From Coprobacillaceae bacterium (GTDB lineage Bacteria > Bacillota_I > Bacilli_A > Erysipelotrichales > Coprobacillaceae): a stretch of 32,000 nt of DNA. The translations under genes and the position numbers were made by a program. The notes under the pieces were generated by a model, which was given only the letters and a program-made list of their open reading frames with translations, was not told the DNA's origin and did not search any database. The stretch spans positions 1,230,001 through 1,262,000 of the forward strand of contig OY780959.1 in the NCBI GenBank assembly GCA_963675915.1, written 5' to 3'. This document shows positions 15,725 to 24,440 of this stretch, in pieces. Numbering within the stretch: the first letter of the stretch is position 1; each line of letters starts with the position of its first letter.

Positions 15725-18254
15725 GTATACTTTCATACCTCTGATAGCGACTGCCTGTTATAGTTTTCTGCTGCTGGCCTTTTTGGCAGCCAAGAAAAAT
15801 CCAATCGTGAATTCATTCATTCTGATGCTTATCATCTTTACCCTTTGGTCCGGCGGTTCTTTGTTGATGCGGATCCAGTTTCTCGATGCGACCAAAATCT
15901 GGTATGATCTGTCGCTGGCTGGAATAATTTTAGCCCCGTATGCGGTTTTATCTTATGTCAAGAACACTGGCCAACTGAAAAGAAATCTGATCGACTATGT
16001 CCTTCTGGGCTTCAGTATTGTGACTATAGTCATCAATACCATCTGGGAAATATTCCTGGAAGCTCCGGAAATGATCGTCAATGAGATCGGTCAGACAATC
16101 TTCGTTTATCACGCCTCGTGGACAGCAGTATTCCTGTTTGTCTTCCCGGCCCTGTTTGTCATTTATACTTTGGTGATCCTCTTTGGACTGTCAAAGCGCA
16201 ACCACATTCAGGAAAGTGTGTTCAACCCGATCAAGATTGGCTTGCTGGTGCTGTTTATCGGAAATATTCTGACGGTACTTCCATTTATCAATGGGATGCC
16301 AACCGACATCATTTCCAGTGTAATCTTCGTCTTTATCTTATTTTATACTTTATATCGTAAAAAACTGTTCCGCCTTGATCTGTTGATCTCAAAATGGGTG
16401 GTTTATGGAATTTCCGGATTGACTTCAGTAGCAATCCTGATGAACAGTGTCAAATTCATCGAAATAACCCTGAAATCCAATTTCAACGTTTCTGATGAAC
16501 ATATCATCATGTTCGTCGCAATGATTTTCACGCTGTTGGCCTTTGTATTCTACCGCTTGATGGAAATATTCATCGATCGAATCTACATCTCGGATGAATC
16601 AACCAGAAATTCAATCCTCAAAGATTTCAAATCCAATGTTCTTAGCACGCTTGAAGTCAAGGACATTTCCCGGCTGATAGTTCATATCGTCAAGGACACC
16701 CTTGATGTTCAGGAAATATACGTAATGCTTCCTGATGAAGCCGATAAGATTTACCGGGTTGCCAGCACCTCGAATCCGTTGAACAATATCGATTTCAAAC
16801 TCGAATACAACAATCCGCTGGTAACTCTGCTTTCAAACCGCAACGACAGCCTGCTTGCGAGCGAATTTCGAAATCTCAATGCCTACAAGTCATTGTGGAT
16901 CGAAGAAAAAAAGGAAATCGTCTATCTGGGTATCGAATGTCTGGTCCCGTTAGTCGATAACAACAAGCTGGTCGGAATCCTCATGCTTACCAACAAGAAC
17001 AAGAACGGTCGTTTCACTGAGGATGACCTGACTTTCCTGGAGAGTATCAATATCATCGCTTCAACCGCCCTTTCCAAAGCCCAACTTTACGAAACGGTTT
17101 ATAACGAAGCCAGAAAAGATGACCTGACCAAACTTCTGAATCGGAAATATTTCCTTTCGAGCCTCAACGAGCTCGAAGCCAAACGCCGTGACGGTCTTAT
17201 TTCAATCGCGATTTTCAATATCGACGATTTCAAACTTTACAATCAGCTTTACGGATACAGTGCCGGTGATTCGGTCTTGATCGAAACCGCCCGGATTATC
17301 GAAGCCACTATGGAAGGCATCGGATTAGCGGCCAGATACGATTCCAAGGTATTCGCCTGTGTCTTCCCGAACTATGATGTCAACCAGACCAAACTGGTAA
17401 CTGAAAAAATAGTCAGACAAATCAACGAAATCAATTCCAAACGGAAAAACTACAAAATGAAACGGATCACCGTTAGTTGCGGGATCTCGACTATTCCGTT
17501 TTTGGCCAATAACGTCACCGAATTGATCAATGATGCCGAGCTGGCAATCTATCATGTCAAACGGAACGGTAAAAACAATATCCGGATCTCAACCGGTCAA
17601 ATTGTCAAACGGAACGATGACTACGAAGAAGTCGAACATAAATCGGAAGTCTATTCCGAATATGCCGCAGCTATCTATGCTCTGACAGCTGCAATCGACA
17701 CCAAAGACCACTACACCTTCTCGCATTCAAACAATGTAGCCTATTATGCTACCGAGTTGGCCTTCGGTCTCAATATGGACAAAGATTCAATCGAAATCAT
17801 CAAAGAAGCAGCCCTGCTTCACGATATCGGTAAAATCGGTATTGATGAAAACATCCTCAACAAAAAAGGTCGTCTGACCGACCATGAGCGGGAAATCATG
17901 AATACCCATGTTGAAAATTCAGTCAGCATCATCAAACATATTCCATCGCTTACCTACGTCATTCCAGCCGTTATCGGTCACCATGAACGTTACGATGGTA
18001 ATGGTTATCCCCGCGGGGTGCGTGGCAACGACATTCCTTTGTTCGCAAGAATTCTCTGTATTGCCGACAGTTTCGATGCTATGCTCTCAAAAAGAGCCTA
18101 CAAAGATACCCGCAGTATTGAATTTGCTTTGATGGAAGTCGGAAAATGTGCCGGGACCCAATTCGATCCCGATTTGGCCGCTATCTTCATTGAATTGGTC
18201 AAATCAGGAAAAATCGTACCGATTGTAAACAAACCTGACGAAAATTATCTTTAA
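15717..18254 (+). CDS. membrane sensor: multi-TM N-domain, GAF, degenerate GGDEF, HD-GYP c-di-GMP phosphodiesterase
   Basis: ATG 15717 overlaps the GH3 stop (ATGATTGA). About 8-10 TM helices span to roughly 16600. The GAF-like block is '...IYVMLPDEADKIYRVAS...LVPLVDNNKLVGILML'. The GGDEF fold has 'DDLTKLLNRKYF' but 'RYDSKVF' in place of R-GGDEF (17340-17354). The HD-GYP motifs 'LLHDIGK' and 'HHERYDGNGYP' (17979-18011) are intact. Confidence 0.85.
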   Translation: MIEYTFIPLIATACYSFLLLAFLAAKKNPIVNSFILMLIIFTLWSGGSLLMRIQFLDATKIWYDLSLAGIILAPYAVLSYVKNTGQLKRNLIDYVLLGFSIVTIVINTIWEIFLEAPEMIVNEIGQTIFVYHASWTAVFLFVFPALFVIYTLVILFGLSKRNHIQESVFNPIKIGLLVLFIGNILTVLPFINGMPTDIISSVIFVFILFYTLYRKKLFRLDLLISKWVVYGISGLTSVAILMNSVKFIEITLKSNFNVSDEHIIMFVAMIFTLLAFVFYRLMEIFIDRIYISDESTRNSILKDFKSNVLSTLEVKDISRLIVHIVKDTLDVQEIYVMLPDEADKIYRVASTSNPLNNIDFKLEYNNPLVTLLSNRNDSLLASEFRNLNAYKSLWIEEKKEIVYLGIECLVPLVDNNKLVGILMLTNKNKNGRFTEDDLTFLESINIIASTALSKAQLYETVYNEARKDDLTKLLNRKYFLSSLNELEAKRRDGLISIAIFNIDDFKLYNQLYGYSAGDSVLIETARIIEATMEGIGLAARYDSKVFACVFPNYDVNQTKLVTEKIVRQINEINSKRKNYKMKRITVSCGISTIPFLANNVTELINDAELAIYHVKRNGKNNIRISTGQIVKRNDDYEEVEHKSEVYSEYAAAIYALTAAIDTKDHYTFSHSNNVAYYATELAFGLNMDKDSIEIIKEAALLHDIGKIGIDENILNKKGRLTDHEREIMNTHVENSVSIIKHIPSLTYVIPAVIGHHERYDGNGYPRGVRGNDIPLFARILCIADSFDAMLSKRAYKDTRSIEFALMEVGKCAGTQFDPDLAAIFIELVKSGKIVPIVNKPDENYL

Positions 18255-18262
18255 TTAAAATT

Positions 18263-18305
18263 AAAATGCACCGTAATCAAAACTCTTGATTATGGTGCAT
18301 TTTTG
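18263..18305. terminator. bidirectional terminator between the two convergent c-di-GMP operons
   Basis: 15-bp stem ATGCACCGTAATCAA / TTGATTATGGTGCAT (one G-U pair) with a 5-nt loop. An A-run lies before it and TTTT after it. Confidence 0.85.
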
Positions 18306-18309
18306 AATA

Positions 18310-20325
18310 TTATAGAATTTTTAGCACTTCATCCTGACTCACCGGTTTGGAAAGGAAGTAACCCTGAACATAATTGCAATTGAGCTTTTCAAGCAATTGA
18401 TACTGGCTTCGAGCTTCGACTCCCTCGGCGACAGTGGCAATCCCCAGTGATTTCGCCAAGGAAATCAGATGGTGCACTACCAGCATGTCGTTTTGCTTCC
18501 TAGTGATATTGTCGATATAGGACTTGTCGATTTTCAAACGGTCGAACGGGAAATTGATCAGATAATTGAATGATGAGTATTTGGTTCCAAAATCATCAAG
18601 CGCCACATGGAACCCCATATCTTTGAGAGATTTGATCAGCTTGAGACTGTTGTCGAGATTGTTGATCAAAGAATGTTCGGTCAATTCGAATTCAATCAAT
18701 CTAGGCTCGATGTGATATTTTTCAATGCATCTAACCAGAAAGTCAGTCGTCTTGGGCGATTCTACTGTTTGGGCCGAGATATTGATCGACAGGGTGATCT
18801 GACGTCCTCTTAAATTTTTCTGGAAAAAGTCAAAGGCATTCTCAATAACCCAGCGGTCAATTTCCAGTATCTGACCGGTTTCCTCGGCCACAGAAATCAA
18901 CTGTCCGGTATTGAACTGATAAGAATCACCCGACCAGCGCAACAACACTTCAACTCCAGCGACACTCTTGGAGTCAAGTTTGTAGATTGGTTGATAATTG
19001 AGCATGAAGCAGTTATTTTCAAGCATCTCCCGGATCGAACTTTCGATCAAGAGCTTTGTTTCGATCTCTTTTTGAAACCGGGATTGATATCTGGTCGCCC
19101 GATTTTTACCTTTACACTTGGATTCATGCAAAGCCAGGTCGATATTCTTGATCAGCTCTACCGGGACGTTGCCATGCAAGGGATGTTCAACCACCCCGAT
19201 GCTAGCTGAAGGATGATAGGTAAAGCCTTTTTTGTACCACGGGGTTTTCGCCATTTTCAACAGTTGGTCAGCCCGTTTTTGCCAGACCCCTGGTCGCACA
19301 TCAAAATCAAGAATCATGAACTCATCACCGCCCCAGCGGTAGACGCGACAGTCAGGGAAGTTGTTTTTCAGAGTTGATGCAAAATGCCTGATAAACATGT
19401 TCCCGGCATCGTGGCCATGGATGTCGTTAAGGTGCCGAAAATTATCAAGATCCAGAAAGAATAAATTGAATTCCCGTTTGGCCGCGATCAACGAATCGAC
19501 ATCCCGTTGGAACACAATCAGGTTATCGAGTTTGGTCAGTTGATCCTGATAGGCCAACTCGGTGATTTTCTTTTCTTTAAGCTTTTCACTGGTCATATCA
19601 ACCCCAAAGCAGATCACCGACATTTCGTCGAGATTGGGATTTTTTGCCACGGTACAATTCCATAGCATATAGATTTCCCGATTCTCTTTGGTGGACATCT
19701 TCAGTTCAATATTTCGCAGACTTTTCAAACTCTTGACCTGAGCATGAAGAAAACTGATATGATCGCCATCGGCTTCAAGAAACAGTTTCTGGTAACATTC
19801 ACTGTCCCTGAGCTCTTCAGCCTGAAAACCGAACATATCCCGAAAATAGTTGTTGACTTCGATAATCTCACCTTCCATATTCCAGATAATGATTGCCGTG
19901 GTGGAATTGTTGAAGATTTCATTGGAAAACTGCTTTTGGAGCAGCAGTTCGTTCATGGCATCGTTTAGATGTGCTACCTTGTCTTTGAGTTCGTTTTTGG
20001 TCGTTTCCAGACTTAATGTATTTTCCCTCAAAGTCCGATTGTTATTTGAAAGATCCTGGGACAAGTCGACAATCTTGGAATAATCATAGCGAATCACAAA
20101 AAACAAGAGTACGGCTGTAGCCAGGACATAGAAGGTTCCCTTGTATGATTGAAACAGCATGTAGCTCTCGTAATCACTGACGATAAAGGCCAGAACCTGA
20201 TCGGAGAAAAGAACCCATAAATAACCGACAAGCACATAGACAAAAATCGGTTTCCAGGGGTTTTTACTGCGACTAAACTCAACTTTACCACTCTTTTCAT
20301 GGTCAATTTCTCTTTTTTGTTCCAT
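18310..20325 (-). CDS. membrane-anchored PAS-GGDEF-EAL protein
   Basis: Has two N-terminal TM helices and a coiled-coil segment. The PAS-like block is 'TTAIIIWNMEGEIIEVNNYFRDMFGF' and the GGDEF motif is 'RWGGDEF'. The EAL domain carries 'EVLLRW', 'ELTEH', 'LDDFGT', 'LKIDKSYI', 'VAEGVE' and 'QGYFLSKP'. Confidence 0.9.
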   Translation of the reverse strand: MEQKREIDHEKSGKVEFSRSKNPWKPIFVYVLVGYLWVLFSDQVLAFIVSDYESYMLFQSYKGTFYVLATAVLLFFVIRYDYSKIVDLSQDLSNNNRTLRENTLSLETTKNELKDKVAHLNDAMNELLLQKQFSNEIFNNSTTAIIIWNMEGEIIEVNNYFRDMFGFQAEELRDSECYQKLFLEADGDHISFLHAQVKSLKSLRNIELKMSTKENREIYMLWNCTVAKNPNLDEMSVICFGVDMTSEKLKEKKITELAYQDQLTKLDNLIVFQRDVDSLIAAKREFNLFFLDLDNFRHLNDIHGHDAGNMFIRHFASTLKNNFPDCRVYRWGGDEFMILDFDVRPGVWQKRADQLLKMAKTPWYKKGFTYHPSASIGVVEHPLHGNVPVELIKNIDLALHESKCKGKNRATRYQSRFQKEIETKLLIESSIREMLENNCFMLNYQPIYKLDSKSVAGVEVLLRWSGDSYQFNTGQLISVAEETGQILEIDRWVIENAFDFFQKNLRGRQITLSINISAQTVESPKTTDFLVRCIEKYHIEPRLIEFELTEHSLINNLDNSLKLIKSLKDMGFHVALDDFGTKYSSFNYLINFPFDRLKIDKSYIDNITRKQNDMLVVHHLISLAKSLGIATVAEGVEARSQYQLLEKLNCNYVQGYFLSKPVSQDEVLKIL

Positions 20326-20342
20326 TATCGCTCCCCCTTTCC

Positions 20343-21227
20343 TTATTTCATCACAGTCCGGTTGCGGCCGCTGGTCTTGGCCTGATAAAGACAGGCGTCG
20401 ACCGGATCGATGATGGTGTTGAAATCATATTCAGTTTCGCTGACTTGGGCCACACCAAAACTGCAGGTAACCCTGAACGTCTCATCCTTGTAGTTGAAGA
20501 CATGATTTTCAATCTTGACCCGGATTTTTTCAATCACTTGATAAGCTTTTTCACTGGTGGTGTCATTCAGGACAATCACAAATTCCTCGCCCCCAAAGCG
20601 GGCCACCCAGTCAGTAGATGAGCGGACTGATCCTTTGATGATCTTGGCCACTTCAATCAGGACATGGTCTCCTGTGGTATGGCCATATGTGTCATTGATT
20701 TTTTTGAACAAGTCGATATCAGCCATCGCGATGGTGACCTGAGTGCCCTTGGCTAGGGCCTTTTTTTGATCCCCGGGCAGGCGTTCATCAATATAGCGGC
20801 GATTGTATACCTGAGTCAGTTCATCAACAACCAGCTGATTGTTGAGCCGTTTGACAAATTCCTGGAGACTTACATCGACATCCCGGTCTTTCAAAACAAT
20901 CTGGTCGCGTTCGACTTCCTGAATCATCTCCACTATATGGCGATTACCGTTGAAAACAACCGGCAGAGCCTGAATGAGATAGATATTGTTATCCTTGATT
21001 TCGATTTTATGAGCCGGTTTGTGGGAATTGAGCACCCGCATTGAGACACAATTTTCACAAGGTCTGCCATTTCCCCAAAAACGGTGACAATGAGCTGTGA
21101 ATTCCGGCCTTTCTGGCTGTTCCAGACCGGTTTGCGTTTTGTCAACGGGATCGACAATCCGGATATAATCATAAATCCCCGGGAAAATCGCCAATCTCTG
21201 TTTAATTTCTTCTAAAATATCATTCAT
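20343..21227 (-). CDS. diguanylate cyclase (GGEEF) with a Cys/His-rich N-terminal domain
   Basis: Contains 'DELTQVYNRRY', 'DIDLFKKINDTYGHTTGD' and 'RFGGEEF'. The N-terminal 120 aa carries 'HCHRFWGNGRPCENC'. ATG 21227 is preferred (GGTGG SD 7 nt upstream) over the TTG at 21245. There are 17 nt to the downstream PAS-GGDEF-EAL gene. Confidence 0.85.
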   Translation of the reverse strand: MNDILEEIKQRLAIFPGIYDYIRIVDPVDKTQTGLEQPERPEFTAHCHRFWGNGRPCENCVSMRVLNSHKPAHKIEIKDNNIYLIQALPVVFNGNRHIVEMIQEVERDQIVLKDRDVDVSLQEFVKRLNNQLVVDELTQVYNRRYIDERLPGDQKKALAKGTQVTIAMADIDLFKKINDTYGHTTGDHVLIEVAKIIKGSVRSSTDWVARFGGEEFVIVLNDTTSEKAYQVIEKIRVKIENHVFNYKDETFRVTCSFGVAQVSETEYDFNTIIDPVDACLYQAKTSGRNRTVMK

Positions 21228-21329
21228 AATCTGCCACCAAATCAACCCGAGTAAACTCGCAATTTAACAAAAAGAAAACCATCAAACCCTTTGGATTTCG
21301 CAAAATGGGTTTCATGTGTATCTTAACTG

Positions 21330-21358
21330 ATTATAATATAAGTAAATGCTTATTGCAA
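21330..21358 (-). promoter_or_regulatory. near-consensus promoter of the DGC operon
   Basis: Minus strand: TTGCAA (21358-21353), 17-nt spacer, TATAAT (21335-21330). This predicts a leader of about 95 nt. Confidence 0.5.
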
Positions 21359-21370
21359 ACTATTTATCAA

Positions 21371-21413
21371 AACGAAAAACACCCTGTTATCATAATATGC
21401 GATAACTGGGTGT
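21371..21413 (-). terminator. terminator of the FNR-like oxidoreductase gene
   Basis: 13-bp stem (21379-21391 with 21401-21413, one mismatch). It is followed on the minus strand by UUUUCGUUUU. Confidence 0.65.
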
Positions 21414-21429
21414 AGTGATGACTGTCAAA

Positions 21430-22083
21430 TCAATAACCGACGAAACTGTCGGATACCAACCGGCTCTTTTCAATGCCGTGGTCAAGATAATTGTTTTGGA
21501 CTGCTTTGATGACTCCCGGTGAACCCGAGGTATAATAATACGCTGTATTCTGGTACTTGTCGCAAAGGGCCATCAGCTGGTCAGTGGTTTGCTCCACGGT
21601 AACTGTATAGTGAATTTTGATATTCGGCTTTTTGGCAATAATTGCTTCAACTTCATCTTTGAAGTAATATTCACCCAGACAGGCATAAACCAGCTCGACT
21701 GGCTGATCGCTTTTAAGGGCTTTGATCAACGAGAGAATTGGGGTGATTCCGATTCCCGAAGCAAACATCACAATCGGCGTGGTTTCATCTTTGAAATTGA
21801 ACATTCCCGAGGCAGGGGAAATTTCAACTTCATCACCAGGATTTAGCGAAAACAGGATTTTCTTGAAATCCGAGATGTCTTCACCGCGCGACTTGGTTCC
21901 CAGCAGGATCACCTTTTCCTCAGGAATCGAGGCAATCGAAAAAATCCGGAATTCCTTGGTTTTGTCAGGAATCGAGATTTTGAGGAACTGACCCGGAATC
22001 CAGTGATAGTTTTCGGGACATTCGAGCCTGATCGCATAAACGTCTTCTACAGTATTATTGATGTCGATGATTTTTGTTTTCAT
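21430..22083 (-). CDS. ferredoxin-NADP reductase-like FAD/NAD(P)-binding oxidoreductase
   Basis: The 'RIFSIAS' motif is the RxYS-type FAD site. 'MFASGIGITP' is the NAD(P)-binding glycine motif. AAGGAG SD is present. Confidence 0.75.
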   Translation of the reverse strand: MKTKIIDINNTVEDVYAIRLECPENYHWIPGQFLKISIPDKTKEFRIFSIASIPEEKVILLGTKSRGEDISDFKKILFSLNPGDEVEISPASGMFNFKDETTPIVMFASGIGITPILSLIKALKSDQPVELVYACLGEYYFKDEVEAIIAKKPNIKIHYTVTVEQTTDQLMALCDKYQNTAYYYTSGSPGVIKAVQNNYLDHGIEKSRLVSDSFVGY

Positions 22084-22219
22084 AAGTCATTCTCCTTACT
22101 ACTTCATTATAATACGGCACTTGAAAATAAGCAAAAGTTTCACATAATAATCATCCAATTAAACCTTTTCTACATAATTTATGGATTTTGTTTTGTAAAA
22201 ACAGTAAAATTAGATAGAG

Positions 22220-23104
22220 GTGATCAAATTGGAATTGAAAAGTCTGCACTATTTTCTCGCGGTAGCCACTGAAGGCAATATAACCAAAGCCGCTGCGTCA
22301 CTCCATATTTCCCAACCGGCCCTGAGCCGCCAAATCATGCAGCTCGAAGATGAACTGGGAGTCGTTTTGCTCAAACGGGGCAAACGCAAAGTCGAACTGA
22401 CCCAGGAAGGCAACCTGCTCAAATCCCGGGCCAGCGAAATTTTGGGGATGGTCGAAAAGACCGTCAAGGACCTGGTTTCCGACGAAGGCGAACTGATCGG
22501 TGAAATCAATATCGGAACCGCCGAGTGCCTGGCCACCCACAAGACCCTGCCCAAAGTAATCAAGTCATTTGCATCGAGCCACCCCAAAGTGACCTACAAT
22601 CTGTACACCGGTGACGCCGACCATATTAAGGAACGTCTCGATCAAGGCCTGCTTGATGTCGGGATTTTAATCGAACCGGTCAATATCAACAAATATGATT
22701 TCATCCGGCTCAGTGAGGTCGACCGCTGGGGCATTCTGGTTAACAGTTCCAACCCCCTGGCCAGCCGGGAATCCATCACCCCCAAGGAACTGCTCGATTT
22801 GCCGTTGATAACCACCAAAAGGGCCCTGCTCCAAAACGAAATCAAAAGTTGGCTGACCAAATACAACCGGGAAATCGATTATGTCGCCACTTATACCCTG
22901 CTTTCCAACGCCATCTCGCTGGTAGCCAATGAAATCGGCAATGTCATCACAATCGAGGGCGCTTTCTATAATTATCAACATCACGAAATCCGCTTTATCC
23001 CCTTCAAACCGGAATTAACCTCGAATGCCGTTTTGGTCTGGAAAAAGAATCAGACCCACTCTCCAGTCATGCGGAAGTTTCTGGACGCTTTCTATCATGC
23101 ATAA
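22220..23104 (+). CDS. LysR-family transcriptional regulator
   Basis: The N-terminal HTH is 'LKSLHYFLAVATEGNITKAAASLHISQPALSRQIMQLEDELG'. It is divergent from the oxidoreductase gene. The true start may be TTG 22229 (MELKSL...), 5-6 nt after GAGGTGA. Confidence 0.9.
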   Translation: MIKLELKSLHYFLAVATEGNITKAAASLHISQPALSRQIMQLEDELGVVLLKRGKRKVELTQEGNLLKSRASEILGMVEKTVKDLVSDEGELIGEINIGTAECLATHKTLPKVIKSFASSHPKVTYNLYTGDADHIKERLDQGLLDVGILIEPVNINKYDFIRLSEVDRWGILVNSSNPLASRESITPKELLDLPLITTKRALLQNEIKSWLTKYNREIDYVATYTLLSNAISLVANEIGNVITIEGAFYNYQHHEIRFIPFKPELTSNAVLVWKKNQTHSPVMRKFLDAFYHA

Positions 23105-23227
23105 TTAGCATAGTTAACTATTTAAAATAAGTATTAGACATATTAGGCTTTTCCCGTTACAATGAAGTTAGTCAATTAATTGGGTCTGACTTATTAAATA
23201 AATTGTAACACGGAGGCGTTAAAACAT

Positions 23228-23905
23228 ATGAAAACATTCAATCGTTTATTCCTGTACCTGTTGGGACTGTTCATTATCACCATCGGGGTCAATCTTTCAA
23301 TCATTTCCGGACTGGGAATCTCACCAGTCTCGGCATTCAACTTGCCAATCAGTTTGGCGACCGGAGTCAACCTGGGTATGGTAACCACAATATCTTATAC
23401 CGTATTCGTCGTGATTCAGATCTTCCTGCTAAAAAAGGATTTCAAGAAGAAAAACCTGCTGCAGTCGGTCTTCAGTTTCGCATTCGGGTACTTCATCAAC
23501 CTGACTGGCGATCTGCTTAGCTTCATCACTCCGACCACCTACCTGCAACAATTTGCGGTAATGATCATCGGAATCGTGGTTTGTGCCTTCGGGGCGGCCA
23601 TCTATATTGTTATGGATATCGTACCAAATGCACCGGAAGGATTGAATCTGGCCTTCGCGCAAAGATTCAAGATGCCATTTTCAAAATCAAAAATCATCTT
23701 CGATTTGCTTTTCGTGGGAATCGGAGTCATCATTTCCCTGATGTTCTTAAGCGGAAATATGGTTATCCGTGAAGGAACCATTATTTCGGCAATTCTGACC
23801 GGTAAGATGATCGGGGTATTCCTGAAATACATGCAACCGACACTCAAACGAATCGCTTTTGACGAAAACAACCAAGGCATCGACGACGAAACTGCTCTGG
23901 CATAG
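23228..23905 (+). CDS. YczE/YyaS/YitT-type membrane protein
   Basis: Has the 'FLYLLGLFIITIGVNLSIISGLGISPVSAF' signature and about 6 TM helices. GGAGG SD is present. Confidence 0.65.
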   Translation: MKTFNRLFLYLLGLFIITIGVNLSIISGLGISPVSAFNLPISLATGVNLGMVTTISYTVFVVIQIFLLKKDFKKKNLLQSVFSFAFGYFINLTGDLLSFITPTTYLQQFAVMIIGIVVCAFGAAIYIVMDIVPNAPEGLNLAFAQRFKMPFSKSKIIFDLLFVGIGVIISLMFLSGNMVIREGTIISAILTGKMIGVFLKYMQPTLKRIAFDENNQGIDDETALA

Positions 23906-23909
23906 AACC

Positions 23910-23942
23910 AAAACCGACATTGGCAACAGTGTCGGTTTTTTT
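23910..23942 (+). terminator. intrinsic terminator
   Basis: AACCGACA-N10-TGTCGGTT followed by a T-run. Confidence 0.75.
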
Positions 23943-24020
23943 ATTGCATGACAATCAGTGAACATCCTGCTTGGAATAGTGACAATAAGATGATAAAATG
24001 AGATAAAGGTGGTGGGAATA

Positions 24021-24353
24021 ATGAAACTGATTTACGAAAAACTGGTTCGTGACAATATCCCTGAAATAATCGAAGCCGACAACAAGAAAGTCAAATACCG
24101 GATTTTGGAAGACGAAGAGTACATTGCCCGGTTGAACAACAAGCTTAAAGAAGAAGCGGAAGAGTTGGCACGGTCGACTTCAAAACGCGATATCATCAAC
24201 GAACTCTCGGACTTGTTGGAAGTAATCGAGGCGCTGGAAAAAATCCATGATATCACGCGCGACGAACTGGAAGTCCACAAAGAAAAAAAAGCCCGTCGAA
24301 ACGGCAAGTTCGACAAAAAAGTTCTTTTGGAATATGTCGAAGAAATCTTATAA
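24021..24353 (+). CDS. small all-alpha MazG-like nucleoside triphosphate pyrophosphohydrolase
   Basis: The 'KLVRDNIPEII' N-terminus and EE.EE helices ('LKEEAEEL', 'ELSDLLEVIEAL') are typical of this about 110-aa family. ATG 24021 follows GGTGG. Confidence 0.65.
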   Translation: MKLIYEKLVRDNIPEIIEADNKKVKYRILEDEEYIARLNNKLKEEAEELARSTSKRDIINELSDLLEVIEALEKIHDITRDELEVHKEKKARRNGKFDKKVLLEYVEEIL

Positions 24354-24369
24354 TCATCTTCTCCTTTTT

Positions 24370-24394
24370 AGACGGACCAGTTCCGTCTTTTTTT
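24370..24394 (+). terminator. intrinsic terminator of the MazG-like gene
   Basis: AGACGGA-CCAGT-TCCGTCT followed by TTTTTT. Confidence 0.75.
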
Positions 24395-24402
24395 GCGCAA
24401 AA

Positions 24403-24430
24403 TCAAAAAGACACCGGAAATCCGGTGTCT
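24403..24430 (-). terminator. intrinsic terminator of the RpiR gene
   Basis: AGACACCGG/CCGGTGTCT stem followed on the minus strand by UUUUUGAUUUU. Confidence 0.75.
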
Positions 24431-24440
24431 TCAGTTCTGA

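Noticed and set aside
24021-24353. MazG-like NTP pyrophosphohydrolase as a stand-alone anti-phage or toxin-antitoxin component
   Set aside because: It is a single gene with its own terminator. No partner gene, mobile-element flank or defence-island context is present, so a housekeeping house-cleaning role is the simpler reading.
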